Shown here piece after piece: positions 23,335 to 38,663 of a DNA stretch of 64,000 nt. The translations under genes and the position numbers were made by a program. The first letter of the stretch is position 1. Each line of letters begins with the position of its first letter. The notes under the pieces are model-generated. The model saw only the letters and a list, made by a program, of their open reading frames with translations. It made no database searches and had not been told where the DNA came from. Origin of the DNA: Chlorokybus atmophyticus (Eukaryota; Plantae; Mesostigma and Chlorokybus algae); NCBI GenBank assembly GCA_009103225.1, contig RHPI01000008.1, forward strand, positions 62,001-126,000, in the 5' to 3' direction.

Positions 23335-23763
23335 CAAGCACGGAGTTGCGGAATGTCGACGCGGTTGGAACTGTTTGCTATCAGAAGGGTGCATCGCCTT
23401 GCACCCGCGCTGCCATTGCCAAACGCATCGAACCAAGCACGGAGTTGCGGAATGCCGACGCAGTTGGAACTGTTTGCTATCAGAAGGGTGCATCGCCTTG
23501 CACCCGCGCTGCCATTGCCAACCGCATCGAACCCGCCGCGCTTGCCACCAGTGCAAGCGCGGCGGGTTCGATGCGGTTGGCAATGGCAGCGCGGGTGCAA
23601 GGCGATGCACCCTTCTGATAGCAAACAGTTCCAACTGCGTCGGCATTCCGCAACTCCGTGCTTGGTTCGATGCGTTTGGCAATGGCAGCGCGGGTGCAAG
23701 GCGATGCACCCTTCTGATAGCAAACAGTTCCAACTGCGTCGGCATTCCGCAACTCCGTGCTTG
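23335..23763. repeat. Long inverted repeat: 211-bp arms, 7-nt loop, each arm containing two 99-bp units
   Basis: Arms 23335-23545 and 23553-23763 with 2 mismatches seen; loop CACCAGT; ends next to the N at 23765. Confidence 0.92.
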
Positions 23764-24707
23764 GNCCAGCCTGCTTCAACCCTGCGCATGGTTAGCTCCA
23801 TGATGGCAATCACAGCTGGTATGGAGATAATGCGTGCACTGCGCACCAAGTGATGGCCACCGTTGCAAAATAGCAAGGCATGCATGCAAACTGTCATATT
23901 TCGTGCTTATTCAGACGAGCAAACTTGAGATGCAGTGCGAACTGTTTGCCTAAAAATGCAATGCAAAGGAAAGGAATGTGCGCATGCAATTCAATGCATA
24001 CAGGCCAGGTGCGCACTCACGAAGACACCAATGCACGCACATGCAACAGAGGACGATTACACGTGCATGCATTTGCTCACAAGCTAGCGCTCATGCACGC
24101 ATGCTCGCCCACCCATCAACACATGCGCAAGGCCACACACGCTAAATCATTGCGTCTTAACCAGCACTCTATCGTACTTGACTCCAAGGAACATAGACTT
24201 GTGTTCCGACAGCTTATGCACTGCAGCCAATATATAGGGGGTGCCTTGATGGCCAAGTAGGAACGCTGCAGCACGCTACACGGAGCACCACTACGCTATT
24301 GAATTGCTGATGCATGGTCAAGTACACGCAATGTTCACATTTGAGCACCTATCTGGCTGTTTATGAAAAGACTACCGATTGGCGTGCATTGTGATTATGG
24401 GCGGTTGAAGCAACCGTCTCCTGCGCACCCAAGACTGAATGCTAAGACAGGTTGGTTGCGACAGACATTTGTCGAAGTTTCGTGCTGTGATATTCAGTCG
24501 CGTTCCATCCGTTGACACGCACGCACGCAGGCAGGCAGGCCTACACTTGCGCGCACAGAAACACGCGGACATGCACGCGCGCAGGTGAGATGCTAAAAAT
24601 GCTTCGGGTATACCGTCGAGAGACCACAATTAAAAACTGCACCCTCACAGCCGCCGGACGCTACCCCAAACACCAGCAGTGCGGCAGAAGACAGCGGCGG
24701 GGTACAA

Positions 24708-24999
24708 CTACATAGTGTCCATATCTTCACAGCCGCCGCCGAAGGCCAATGCCAACGCCAACGCGCCTGCCGCTGTCGTCCAGGACCTTGTCAGGTTGTC
24801 AATGTCGAACGTATCGCTGTAGGGTTAGGTTGACGCTGAACTGAATGTGCACCTCTACAGCCGGAAAGCTCAGCCAGTGAGGAGGCCCTGAGGGGGTTTC
24901 ACTGCGTCATTTTGGTTGTTGACGCGCCGTTAGTGTTGACGGTCGTCGTCAGCTCTCGTCGTCAGCTTGAGTGGTCATGGAGGGGAAAATGTCGGTCTT
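24708..24999 (+). repeat. 292-bp direct repeat, copy 1
   Basis: No differences seen against 31040-31331. Confidence 0.92.
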
Positions 25000-25333
25000 G
25001 GTCGTGAGGTGTCAGCGTCGTGCAGAATCGTCATGGACTGTTTGAGCGGTGATCTGTCGGTGGATGTTGATGTTGATGTTGCGCAGTCGTCACGAGGGGT
25101 TGAACGCGAGGTTTGCGAGATTTCAAACTTTGTGCCTTGGCTGTTTAAGTGCTGGGCAGTGGGCATTCGGGGCGGCGTTGTGGTTGTTGTGGTGTTTGCG
25201 GCGGCGGCTGGTGTCCTCGAGGTGGATCATGGGCAGTCAGGGTCAGTGTGTTGGGGGGGAGTATGATGGTGAGATCTTGGGCAGCCAGCGTGAAGAGCAC
25301 ATTGGTGGTGACCGTGAGAGGGAGGGGAAGGCA

Positions 25334-25365
<32 letters not shown>

Positions 25366-25742
25366 NNNNNNNNNNNNNNNNNNNNNNNNNNNNNNNNNNN
25401 NNNNNNNNNNNNNNNNNNNNNNNNNNNNNNNNNNNNNNNNNNNNNNNNNNNNNNNNNNNNNNNNNNNNNNNNNNNNNNNNNNNNNNNNNNNNNNNNNNNN
25501 NNNNNNNNNNNNNNNNNNNNNNNNNNNNNNNNNNNNNNNNNNNNNNNNNNNNNNNNNNNNNNNNNNNNNNNNNNNNNNNNNNNNNNNNNNNNNNNNNNNN
25601 NNNNNNNNNNNNNNNNNNNNNNNNNNNNNNNNNNNNNNNNNNNNNNNNNNNNNNNNNNNNNNNNNNNNNNNNNNNNNNNNNNNNNNNNNNNNNNNNNNNN
25701 NNNNNNNNNNNNNNNNNNNNNNNNNNNNNNNNNNNNNNNNNN
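25366..25742. other. Assembly gap preceded by poly-G
   Basis: N run. Confidence 1.
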
Positions 25743-26929
25743 GACCGGGCGAGGGGTTGAGGCCTCTACCGCAAATGTGCCACAAGGCACAAAACAGCGC
25801 AATGCTGAGGGTACGGCATCCTTACCTGTAGATAAGGCTGCCAAGAAGAATTGTCAAAGTGCTCAGGTTAAAGTGTGGGTGTATGTGGGAGGGTGTGGGA
25901 TGTGCATATGTGTTGTGTGCGTGTGCTTCTACAAAGTACCCTCGCTAAGATCACACTATTTATCCACAGCCATCTTATGCTTTTGGCGGGGTTATTCTCT
26001 AAGCGTTTAAGAGCATAATATGCTCTTGATTGCCAAGAGCATAAATAATCTATTAGTGGGGTTTTGTGTATATTGCATGTATCGCTTTAGCACGGTGAGC
26101 AATGAAGCTCAACAATGCCCATGTTGCTACATTCTTACTTGAATACCATACAACTGCATTTGTTGCTGTAGTCCGATGAATCCAAACAACATTCTTGCAG
26201 TATTTGTATGACATGCAGCCAAGATGCTGTTATTGTAACTCATTGTTTGATGTACAACTGCGAAACTTGTCAGTGGCTTGAAATGTGTTTGAGTGTGTTG
26301 ACTTCTGTGTATGATGCAAAGCATGCACGCACACTTGCATGCATGTCTCATGCTTTAAACGTAATGAAAGTTCGCATGTACGTCATACATCTCAGCCACT
26401 AGTCATTAACTACAAGAGGGTCTTCGGCCGTTGCACTGGTGGTGGCTGCGTCTAATGTTGATGTCTTATTGCTCGAGGCATTAAAGAACTTGTGCAAGCT
26501 TGTCTGGTGCAAGGAGCCAAATAGCTGACGACGAATCACCACATTGCGGATGTCCCGCAACGCCAACTGTAGATTCTCAGGCATAAAGCACTCACTGCCG
26601 GCGATGAAAACCTCAACACTGTCCAGCTGCTAAAGACACCCGAACGTCATCACAACCGGCGGTGCGCACTCATCATCATCTGCAATGAGTTGTGAGAAGG
26701 AAAGCTACGTACGGTGTGAATGCACGCGTACACACCTTCCGCGGCGGGATCAACGGTGTTGTCCGTCGGTGGAGTCAGTGCCCCAACACTCATATAGATG
26801 TCCTCGTCACATTGGCTAGCCTCAGCAGGAAAATGATCATCTGCCTCACAACGAACTCCTCAGCAGAGAGCATGTCAATACGCGGAATGGGCAAACACTG
26901 CATCATCTTACCCATGTCGTGTATCAGCG

Positions 26930-27815
26930 CGTGAATAATGCGCTCGGTGTCGGCGGGAGTAGCCTCATACCATTCCGTGAGGGTGATACCGGTCTTCCTC
27001 TAGCAGTTGGCAATGGTTGTGGCAGTCAGCTCATCCCACGCCTCGCGATTCCACATGATGGCACGCATCTGCACCTTCACTTTACTCAAGTCGAGGGTGG
27101 GGTCTGGATCATATTGCTGGAGAAGATGCTGCACAAGCTTCGTTTTGTACCTGCGCATGAAGACCATCAACAACGTGATTACACCACAACACACAAGGGG
27201 GGTTTACGGGGCCGGCCCTCCAACCTTAAAAACTCGGATATCTTGATAGAAATAAAGGCTCTGTTTGTTTATAACACGGCATGTATTGTGACTTACCTGG
27301 CCTTATATGCAGTGATGATGCCAGCATCCAAAGGTTGCATTCTGGATGTGCTGTTGGCCGGAAGAAACAGACACTTCATGTGGCTTAGTGACAGCGTTTG
27401 GAAGCCTTCGTCCATGCCCTATTCTGCATACACGCAGGCATGCGTTGAGGAGTTGTCCATCAGCAGCAAGATGTGGCCTTTCTGTAGCTTCATGTCTGGA
27501 TTGAAGGCACACAACCATTGGCTGAAGACCTGTTGCAAGCATCACAATAGTGAGTGACATGTACAATCAATGCATATGCAGCTGCAAATGAAGCTGCATG
27601 TGCACATGCACTCACCACGGAGTTCATCCAAGCCTTCTCGTTGTAGTCGTAATCAACGCCAATGCGGATTTGCGTTCAAATGCTGCCAAAGGACTTCGGA
27701 CGCTTGTAGGTGCCGATGATGACGACTAGTTGCTTTTTAAAACCGTCAGCGTTGACACACAAAACTGCCGTAATTGTGTTCTTCTCTCGCTTGCCCCCTC
27801 TAGCTGCCTCTGATG
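26930..27815 (-). pseudogene. Intron-containing pogo/Tigger-like DDE_1 transposase remnant
   Basis: GGKREKNTITAVLCVNADG..KRPKSF..YNEKAWMNS | VFSQWL..ILLLMDNSSTH..LFLPANSTSRMQPLDAGII.AYKAR | YKTKLVQHLL..AWDELTATTIANC; contains stops. Confidence 0.82.
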
Positions 27816-28069
27816 CAACTACCGCGCGCGCTACACGACACGATGGGCGACAATGGGAGTGAAGCGCAAAGAGGAAACCCCACTTACGCGCATTTAACCG
27901 CCGCGCCGGGCTCGCAAAGACGCTAGTTCGTCCACATCCACAGCCGAAGCTGATTCTGCTGCCCAAACGGCAAAGACAGCATCGACAACAGCTTTCACAC
28001 CAGCTGCCACCACCAGTGTCTCCGTCCCACCAGCTGCAGCGGCCACCGGCCACGGCCACGCGAGGACGA

Positions 28070-30690
28070 GCAAGCCCCATGGGCATCACTAAGGAAGTCC
28101 CCATCCTGACTGGGTTGGACCCCATTCACACCACCGAGCTGGCTCAGCGGTGTGTGGTCACCAACGCCACCAGCTACCACTTGCTGGTTGGGCAGAACTT
28201 TAGTTATCCGGTAGCCATCCACATGGACAATTGAACCAAACAAGCATGGCTCGGACCTGGCTGGCGCAGCGAAGATGGTTCCACCATCGGGTTCATCCCG
28301 CTCAACCTCGTGTTGCCTGCACGCGCACGCAGACGCATGGGAGTCACCTACGACCGCCACAACAGTACGCATGCCCTATTCCGAGTTATAGGAACAGGCA
28401 ACCAAAGAGGTGGCGTTACAAGACCCGGAGCGTCGTTAAACATGAGGTGGATGCACATGTGTTGCTAGACAGGCAGCCTTTTCCCACGCGCTTCCTAGAC
28501 TATCACGATGATGTCCTTATTGCGGAGCAAGTTACCGTCGCCACCGGAGTCGTGCACTTCAGGAATTAGGAATCACCTTGGAGCTAATCGACAGGATTGA
28601 AAGTGGCATGGTAGCCCTCCTCAACACCGGTGTTAAAGTAACACAATATTTCTATTATGACCCTGATCCGCATGCTCGAACGGTTGTTGGCCATCATCTT
28701 AGACAATTGCACTTGCGTTAACCGCACCTGCTGCCGTTATTTGCATTGCGTACAAGTCTGAAGGCTTTGTCTCAAGATATCCGGCTCATCTCGGCTGAGC
28801 ATCTCACTGCCTTGGGCAATGTTGATTGCTAGATGGCAGTGCCAGGGTCATTCCCGGGCAGGCACAGGTCGCGGGTTGAACGACCCTTGTTCAATACTGT
28901 TTTGGGAGTTGCTTCGAGTCATCCATCTGCTGCAGCACCAGTTAGTTCAATGCTCTTTCGCTTACATCATCAAAAACGTTCACGCTGATGATGATCGTCG
29001 CCAACACGTGCAACACAGCTGTCACGTGGTGTGCTCCATTTTCAGGCACCCGATTAAGATAAACGCTGCACGGCATGGCTCACGGGCACACCGGGTCCGC
29101 GTGAAGTGGATCAACCTCACCACTGTGGAAGAACTTACAGCAGCTGAGCATCTACTCAGTTCGCGCCCCAAAAACTTGCGGGATAACATTTTCGACGCTA
29201 AAAGGACATCTTAGCCAATCCTTCGCCGCGACCACGCGCACTTCCACCAGTGCAATTAATCAGGAGAACCGCGCCATGCTCTCCCCACTTTGGTTTTGTA
29301 CCCAAACTCGTATGCCTTCAACATAGAGGGGACGGCATGGTCTTCGACAACAACACAGGCCGACTGGAAAACCCAACGCACGGGAGCGCGAGCATGCCAT
29401 GGGCTTCTTTTCAGGCATCATCACCGGCTGTGCGCTAACGAACAGTCAGCAACAACAACTCCTCGGCCGCACCATGGATCAGAACAGTATGGTCTGGTTG
29501 TTGAAAATGTGTTTTGCCATTCACGATCGACAGGTATCTGTCACGAATCTCAAGCACCTGTCTGGGGGGTGGGAATTGCTCAATTACAATCATAGCCCAC
29601 ACCGCACTAAAGGTTGCTCACATGGAGGAGCAGGCAGCGGTCACAGTGGAGGACATTCTTGTGAAGGCAACAGCCACTTCACAAGATCACTCTATGAGAC
29701 CCTTGGCTACGGGGCCTGTAAAGGAGCAGTTGGAGACTCTCCTCAACAAATGGAGGGCGCAGTTCAACTTCAATGTCAAGAAGCTATGAAAGTGCTCAGT
29801 CTACCAAATGGACATTAACCTCATTGATGAGGAACTGGTGTTCAGGAGACGGTACAAGCTGTCCAAGTGAGAGGAAGACTTGGTGAAACAGCGATGCCAA
29901 GCCTTGCTGGAGGCAGGCCTCATCGAAGAGTCCACATCCAACTTCGCCGCCGCTACTGTCATGCCCGTTAAGAAGGACTCGGAGGGCAACTGGACCGAAC
30001 GGCGTATGTGTGGGGACTATCGCCTATTCAATAACAAGACCTTGCAGGATCGGTACTCAAAGCCAATCGCAGAGGGCATCCGCGTCGACGTCGGCTTGTG
30101 CACTGTGTTCAACATCCTGGACATGCGGTAGGGGTACAACCAAACCAAGATAAGCCCGAAGACAAACGCAAGACGGCATTTTGGGGCATTCGGTAGCTCT
30201 ACCACTGGAAAGGTCACGCCTTTTAGATTGAAGTACGCACCAGCAAAGTTTCTGCGCGTGATAGATATGGCGTTGAAGGGCTGTTCCTTCGCGTGTTGCT
30301 ACTTCGACGACATCTTGATCTTTAGTCACACGGCGGAAGAGCATCCGCTCCACATCAAAGAGGTACTGAGAAAAATCCAGGCAGTAGGGATGACTGTGCA
30401 CCCCTACAGGTGCTTTTTGTCACCAACAAGATCCCCTACTTAGGCCACATGATCGTGCCCAACGGCGTGTACATTCAACATGCCAAAGTGAAGGCCTTGG
30501 CATCTATCCCAGCCCCGACAGATCCGACTCGACTGCGTGCCTTCCTCGGCCTTGCCAACTACTATCGGAAGTTCGTTTTGGACTTTGCCAAGGTTGCCCG
30601 CCCTCTCAACGAGCTTCTCAAGAAATAGACAGAATGGAGCTGGAAGGCCCAGCAACAGGCCTTCTTGACGTTACGTCCGGCAACAACATC
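28070..30690 (+). pseudogene. pol: Heavily degenerate second Gypsy pol (retropepsin remnant, RT, RT-RNaseH connection)
   Basis: TSYHLLVGQNF; LLEAGLIEESTSNFAAATVMPVKKDSEGNWTERRMCGDYR; CCYFDDILIFS; YLGH; LRAFLGLANYYRKFV; multiple stops and frameshifts. Confidence 0.85.
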
Positions 30691-31039
30691 ACCTGCACGT
30701 GCGGTCAGCAACAACTTTGATAATGACGTAATGTGAGAGCTACCAAACACATGGAGCTACTCATGCGAAGAACTTGGCGGACGGGTGGGTAAGTGTGCGC
30801 AGGTGCGTACGTGGGGAGGGGAGCAGCTGTTCTGCCAATGCAAGTCATGTTGCATAGTCGATGCAGTTGATGTTTGTGTGGTTGCCTAATGATACATATT
30901 GACTTTGCTGTAAACTTTATGCCCGTTGGACCTAATTATGCATGCGAGACTCATTAAGCATTTTAGTATGACCCAATTTTGCGTCTACACCTTTGGCGGC
31001 GCTTGCACTGATCAGTTCCCGGGGAGGGGGGGGGGGGGG

Positions 31040-31331
31040 CTACATAGTGTCCATATCTTCACAGCCGCCGCCGAAGGCCAATGCCAACGCCAACGCGCCT
31101 GCCGCTGTCGTCCAGGACCTTGTCAGGTTGTCAATGTCGAACGTATCGCTGTAGGGTTAGGTTGACGCTGAACTGAATGTGCACCTCTACAGCCGGAAAG
31201 CTCAGCCAGTGAGGAGGCCCTGAGGGGGTTTCACTGCGTCATTTTGGTTGTTGACGCGCCGTTAGTGTTGACGGTCGTCGTCAGCTCTCGTCGTCAGCTT
31301 GAGTGGTCATGGAGGGGAAAATGTCGGTCTT
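31040..31331 (+). repeat. 292-bp direct repeat, copy 2
   Basis: Preceded by a G-run and ends at the N at 31332. Confidence 0.92.
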
Positions 31332-32346
31332 NTTTCAAGGATTCACCATCACCTCCTGCCTATAATTCACAGGTTGGTGGCTGCTATTACCACCTCCTAC
31401 TACTGCACGACAGTCGCATAAGACACGTGGCGCTAGTGGTGTACATTAGGTAAAAGCCCCGGGTGCAATAACTGCACTTGCTTATTTACGGTAGCTTGCC
31501 TTGTATGGTATGTGTTTCACACTAAGCGAATGTGTGTGATTTCGCGCAACTATGATGTATACCCTTTGCACTTATGCTGGAATACATGACTTTGCCAGTA
31601 TTTTATTACACTTTACGGCAGGGTTTGTTGAAATTGCGACAACAAGATTTTCGCACACTGCAGGCTACATTTGTACATGAACCTTGAGAGAACTCGGTGT
31701 TACCGACTAATCACTAGCATTGGTAAAAGGCTAACAAATCACTTTTGAGGCGTTGAATTTCAAGAGATGAATTACAATACTCTCTGTAACGCTCGCACAA
31801 ATCATATGCCACACGGTAGGCCACACCAGATGCACATCATGCAGCACATGTCTTGTGCGCTCTGTCTGCCAAGCGACCGAATACACCTACCCATCATGAA
31901 GGGGGGTGGGGTGGGGTGGGGTGGGGGGGCACCACATTCACTGTCAATATTCCCCCGCCACTACCTCGGCGGCTTGCAGGAACAACTTCGCTGGTTTACG
32001 CTTTGCAGTGTCTACAGTAGGACACTCTAGTCGTTGAAAGACTGTTGACATAGCTTTGCAAGCTACAGCCAAAATGCAAATGTGGAGGCATGTTGCAGGT
32101 ACACTAAATCAATGGTAAGAGTGTGAATGTCCTATGTACAATGCGACACAAGACACTGTCGGCTTGCGCGAAACAGAAACATTCAACAAAGGCCATACAC
32201 AAAACACAAACACAAAACTGCCTTCACAACACCGCAAGTGCTACAACAGGGCAGGACGAACAGCACAACCACTACTGTCGCCAATGCGTTTATCCATTGA
32301 CACACTACGACATTTTCCCCTCCCAACCGCACTGTCATTGTTGCAT

Positions 32347-35156
32347 TTACTTGGACAGCGTCAATGCCACCTTGCCGAGGCTGAGCTGACCCTTCTCCGC
32401 CATCTCATGCACTTCCGGCAACTGGAACACACATGTACACGCATAAGCAGTTGAGAGCAAACAACAACACCCTGGGTTGGACACGCAAGTAGGGGCGACG
32501 ATCCGCGTGACACGTGACACAACATCAGCAGCCACGACATCAACAATATATAGTTCACCTGAGTCCAGAAGTGCAGTGTCTTGGTGAGGGTGTTCTTGAT
32601 GGTGCCGTCCTCGATCAGCTTGCGCACCTTCTCCAGAATGACGCCATGCTTGGCTTGGCCGGGGCCACCGGCGCCAGAGCGGAGGAACATGGTCTCAAAG
32701 GTCACCGTCTGCAGGGGTTACACAACATTTGTCTGTTTTGTCTCGAACCAACGCATGTGTATGCCAGCAGGTGCAAACAACAGGTGGTTATGCAAACCTG
32801 TCCGGTTGTAAACTGGTTGCTGAGGTCCAGGGGCTTCGTGCGGCCCAGAAGGCTGTAATAACACATGAAAGACGTAATGAGTACAATTATGCGCGACAGG
32901 ATTGTCGCATGTGATGCTAGTTTCTATGCTAGCTTTCATGAGATGTGAGCAATGACGCAAGCACGGAGACACGCGTGCGCGCACCCTGCACGCAGATGCG
33001 CGCGTTGTGTATGCGTATGTGCCTGTGTATATGTGCACACGTACACATACCCATATATACGCGAACACAAGCATTATCACACCTGACCACTCCTCCAAGT
33101 GGACCGAGTGTGGTGAGCACATCCTCGAGGTTGTAGTCGGGGTGTGCGCCGTTGAGTACGTAGTCGGCGCCGCTGATGCCGGCCTTCTCTAGCTGAGGCT
33201 TCAAGGGGTCCTTGTGGTTGATGATGACGTCCGCGCCGAGCTCGCGCGCGTAGGTCTCAGTCTCGTCGCGAGAGGCCGTTGCAACAACCTTGTAGTTCAA
33301 CACCTTAACAACAGAGCGTCAGTGAGACTTGAAATGACAAAACGCACACGCGCACACGTCCATGCAGTTGCACGCATACGTACACACATGCACGCACGCA
33401 CACGCACACACGCATGCGCATGTGTGCGTGCGGCTGCGAGACCACGAGCACACTATGCGTTGATGTACCTTCTTGGCGACCTGGATGGCGATGGAGCCAA
33501 CACCGCCTGCGCCGCCCACAATGAGGGCAACAGGTTGGGGAGGGACTTGGCCGTCGTACTCATCAGAAGGCTTGGCCTCGTACGGGACTGTTGACATAAG
33601 CAACATTAACAGTAAGACCGATGTTGTGCTTGCGGTCTCCCGCACACACCCACAGGCATGAATGCGCGCGCGCACACACACTCTGCATATGTGTGAGTTG
33701 GTGATGATGGTCACTACAAGCGTTGCAGGGACATGACGCGACGTGTGAGACCTTGGCTTCTATCACGCGACACATTCCAACAGCACATTACTATTGTGTG
33801 CATGTGTGTGTAGGTAAGTTAAGGCTACAGATGAAATATTGACAATCTGCTGCAGATTGGTTCTCGCTGTCTTGCCTCTTACTCACCGGCGTGCAGCTGT
33901 TGGAAGAGGCTCTCCCACACGGTGATTGACACCAGCGGGACAGTGGCGGCCTCCTCCCAGCTGAGGTTAGAGGGCTTGAGGCCCACAATGCGCTCGTCAA
34001 CGGCAACGTACTCCGCGTTCTGTACAAGTGGGTGTCAACACAATGGCCCATGCTGCACATGCTAACCAGATAAGAGAACCAACATGTACAACATGTACAA
34101 CAGCCACAAGAGATCATGCGCACACGCACATATGGAGGCGCAGGGAGAATGCATGCAAGACACACATGCTCGCGCATGCAAGCACATGCACACATTCCCA
34201 AAATGCTCGCGCACGCACACATTCGCGCTTTCACACATGTGCACACACACGCACACAAACATGTGCGTGCACACATACACGCACACACACGTTCGCGTTC
34301 AGGAACTGCTGGCCCTTACCGTTCCTTGGCGCATGGGGCTGCCAGAGAAGTACACAGCGTCGCCAACCTTAAACTTGTTCACCTCGCTGCCAACCTCCTC
34401 CACAACACCGGTGCCATCATAGCCGAGCACCCTCACCTCTGCTCCCGGCATCCTAAAGACCAATTGATGGTGTGTTGTTGTTGGTTTGTTGTTTTGACGT
34501 GTTGTTTGTGTGTGTGTGTGAAAGCATGTGATGAAGTTGCTTACGGTGCGGCGCGCATGAAGAGGTCGACGGGGTTGAATGAGACGGCGTGGACCTTCAC
34601 CAGCAGGTCCCTGGGACCCACCTGGGGAAGGGGGATCTCCACAACTTGCATGTTGGAGGCCTGGTTGTCGCCTGGCAAGAGGGTGAAAAGTAAGCATGGG
34701 ACAGACGTTGTTGACACACACATGCACACACGCGGCTGTGTACGTGTGTGCGAGCATGCATGCACCAAGCCTTGCCAGGCATTGAGTATGATAATGACAA
34801 TGACCACGACAGCAATGACAACTGATTGCATCAAACCAGGGCAAATGCATGACCCTCAAGTAGAGAATAGAAGTGGTTGCAGTGGTGTGCTACCACTCAA
34901 GGAGAGAGGAGGAAGGACAGAGTGTACCTTTCAAGCCATAGGCTTTCATTGTGGCTGGGGGCGCCATGACGGCTGCCGCGACTACCTTCAACGACGACGA
35001 CCGCAACGACGACGTAGACAACGACGACGACGACGACGACGACGACCTAAGCGGCAGCTGGTGGAGGAGGAGGCGGCGGGAGAGACTAGAGGGCAATGCA
35101 ACTGAGCCTGTGCGGGCTTGCAAGAGTGACGGAGTCAACAATAAACAACTGGCCAT
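32347..35156 (-). CDS. Medium-chain dehydrogenase/reductase, zinc-binding alcohol dehydrogenase-like / quinone-oxidoreductase-type, 9 exons, with a putative plastid transit peptide
   Basis: Exon peptides DLLVKVHAVSFNPVD, VLGYDGTGVVEEVG..FKVGD, NAEYVAVDERIVGLKP, LIVGGAGGVGSIAIQVAK, VVATASR..ELGAD and LGKVALTLSK*. N-terminus is Ser-rich and acid-free; GT-AG junctions keep the frame. Confidence 0.9.
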
Positions 35157-36109
35157 GCTCGACTACAAGTGCGCAGTCTCTTATGGACGAACAGGGCCTT
35201 TTCCTCTTTTTGGCGCAAGCTGCCAGTGCATTGTAGCGTTTTCACCCCGTGAATGAGTGCGACATGTTGCGTGCCTATAGCTAGATTCCTGCTCATGAAC
35301 CGGCCCCTTGCATGCTGCCAAATGCCAGGGTGCCTGAAGGGGTGGGGACTGCCTCATGCATGCAGGACTTTGCCCGTTTGCCCAGCAGTCAAATAAAGGC
35401 AAGCAAGGGGCGTAATAATCTGAAACTTCAATCGCGACAGAATCTGGCCTCCAGATTCAAAGGCGACGTCGCTCTTGCGGGTGCAACACGTTAGTTCGTT
35501 CTATGGCTGAACCGCCAGGTTATTTTGTTGCTGCTAATATTGCTGCAATATTAAGCGTGCGTCCTGCACGTTATTGCTACGAGGGGCGCGACCGCGCACG
35601 TTTTTCTCAAACGATTCACCCCCGCTGCAAGAAAAGTCCCGCAAACAGATGACGATGACTGCGAGTTCTATGTTCGCGGAAGCGAAACACAACAAGAGTT
35701 ACTTCCGCAGTGACTTCCAAATCGAGTACCTTCTTTAGGCACTTTCCTTCACAGAAAAAACAGGCGGAACGCATCAGTAATATTAGTAACACGTAATGTT
35801 GCACAAGTTGGCACATCCAGCTTCAACGCTTGCATGGACATGCCTTCTACTTTGCTTGTTACTTCTTGGTGTACGCTGAAGATGTTGCAGGCATGAGACA
35901 TGAGAGGATAGCTCATCCATCAACGTGTGCTTGCATGCATTATCAGGAATGTTGTTGTACATGCTGAGGACCAGCATCTAGAAATATTGATATTACTATC
36001 AAACATGACATGGCTGTTGTGTGCTTGCAAAGACATAGGCGCGTAACAAGTGTGCTAACATTAGCACAAATCACGCGCAAAGATGGACACGGCATAAACA
36101 TGCAGGCTC

Positions 36110-38663
<2,554 letters not shown>

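Noticed and set aside
23098-23763. CRISPR-like array
   Set aside because: Units are 99-123 bp contiguous duplications without spacers; eukaryotic context and no cas genes.
24875-24904. CAGTGAGGAGGCCCTGAGGGGGTTTCACTG resembles the TIR at 8283
   Set aside because: Only partial similarity, no TTAA flank and no opposite TIR found.
24708-31331. 292-bp repeats as LTRs of the 28-30.7 kb Gypsy remnant
   Set aside because: No TG...CA ends or PBS, and identical repeats are inconsistent with the heavily decayed interior.
35600-36000. Small minus-strand ORFs between TRM61 and the MDR gene
   Set aside because: No recognisable motif or supported splice structure.
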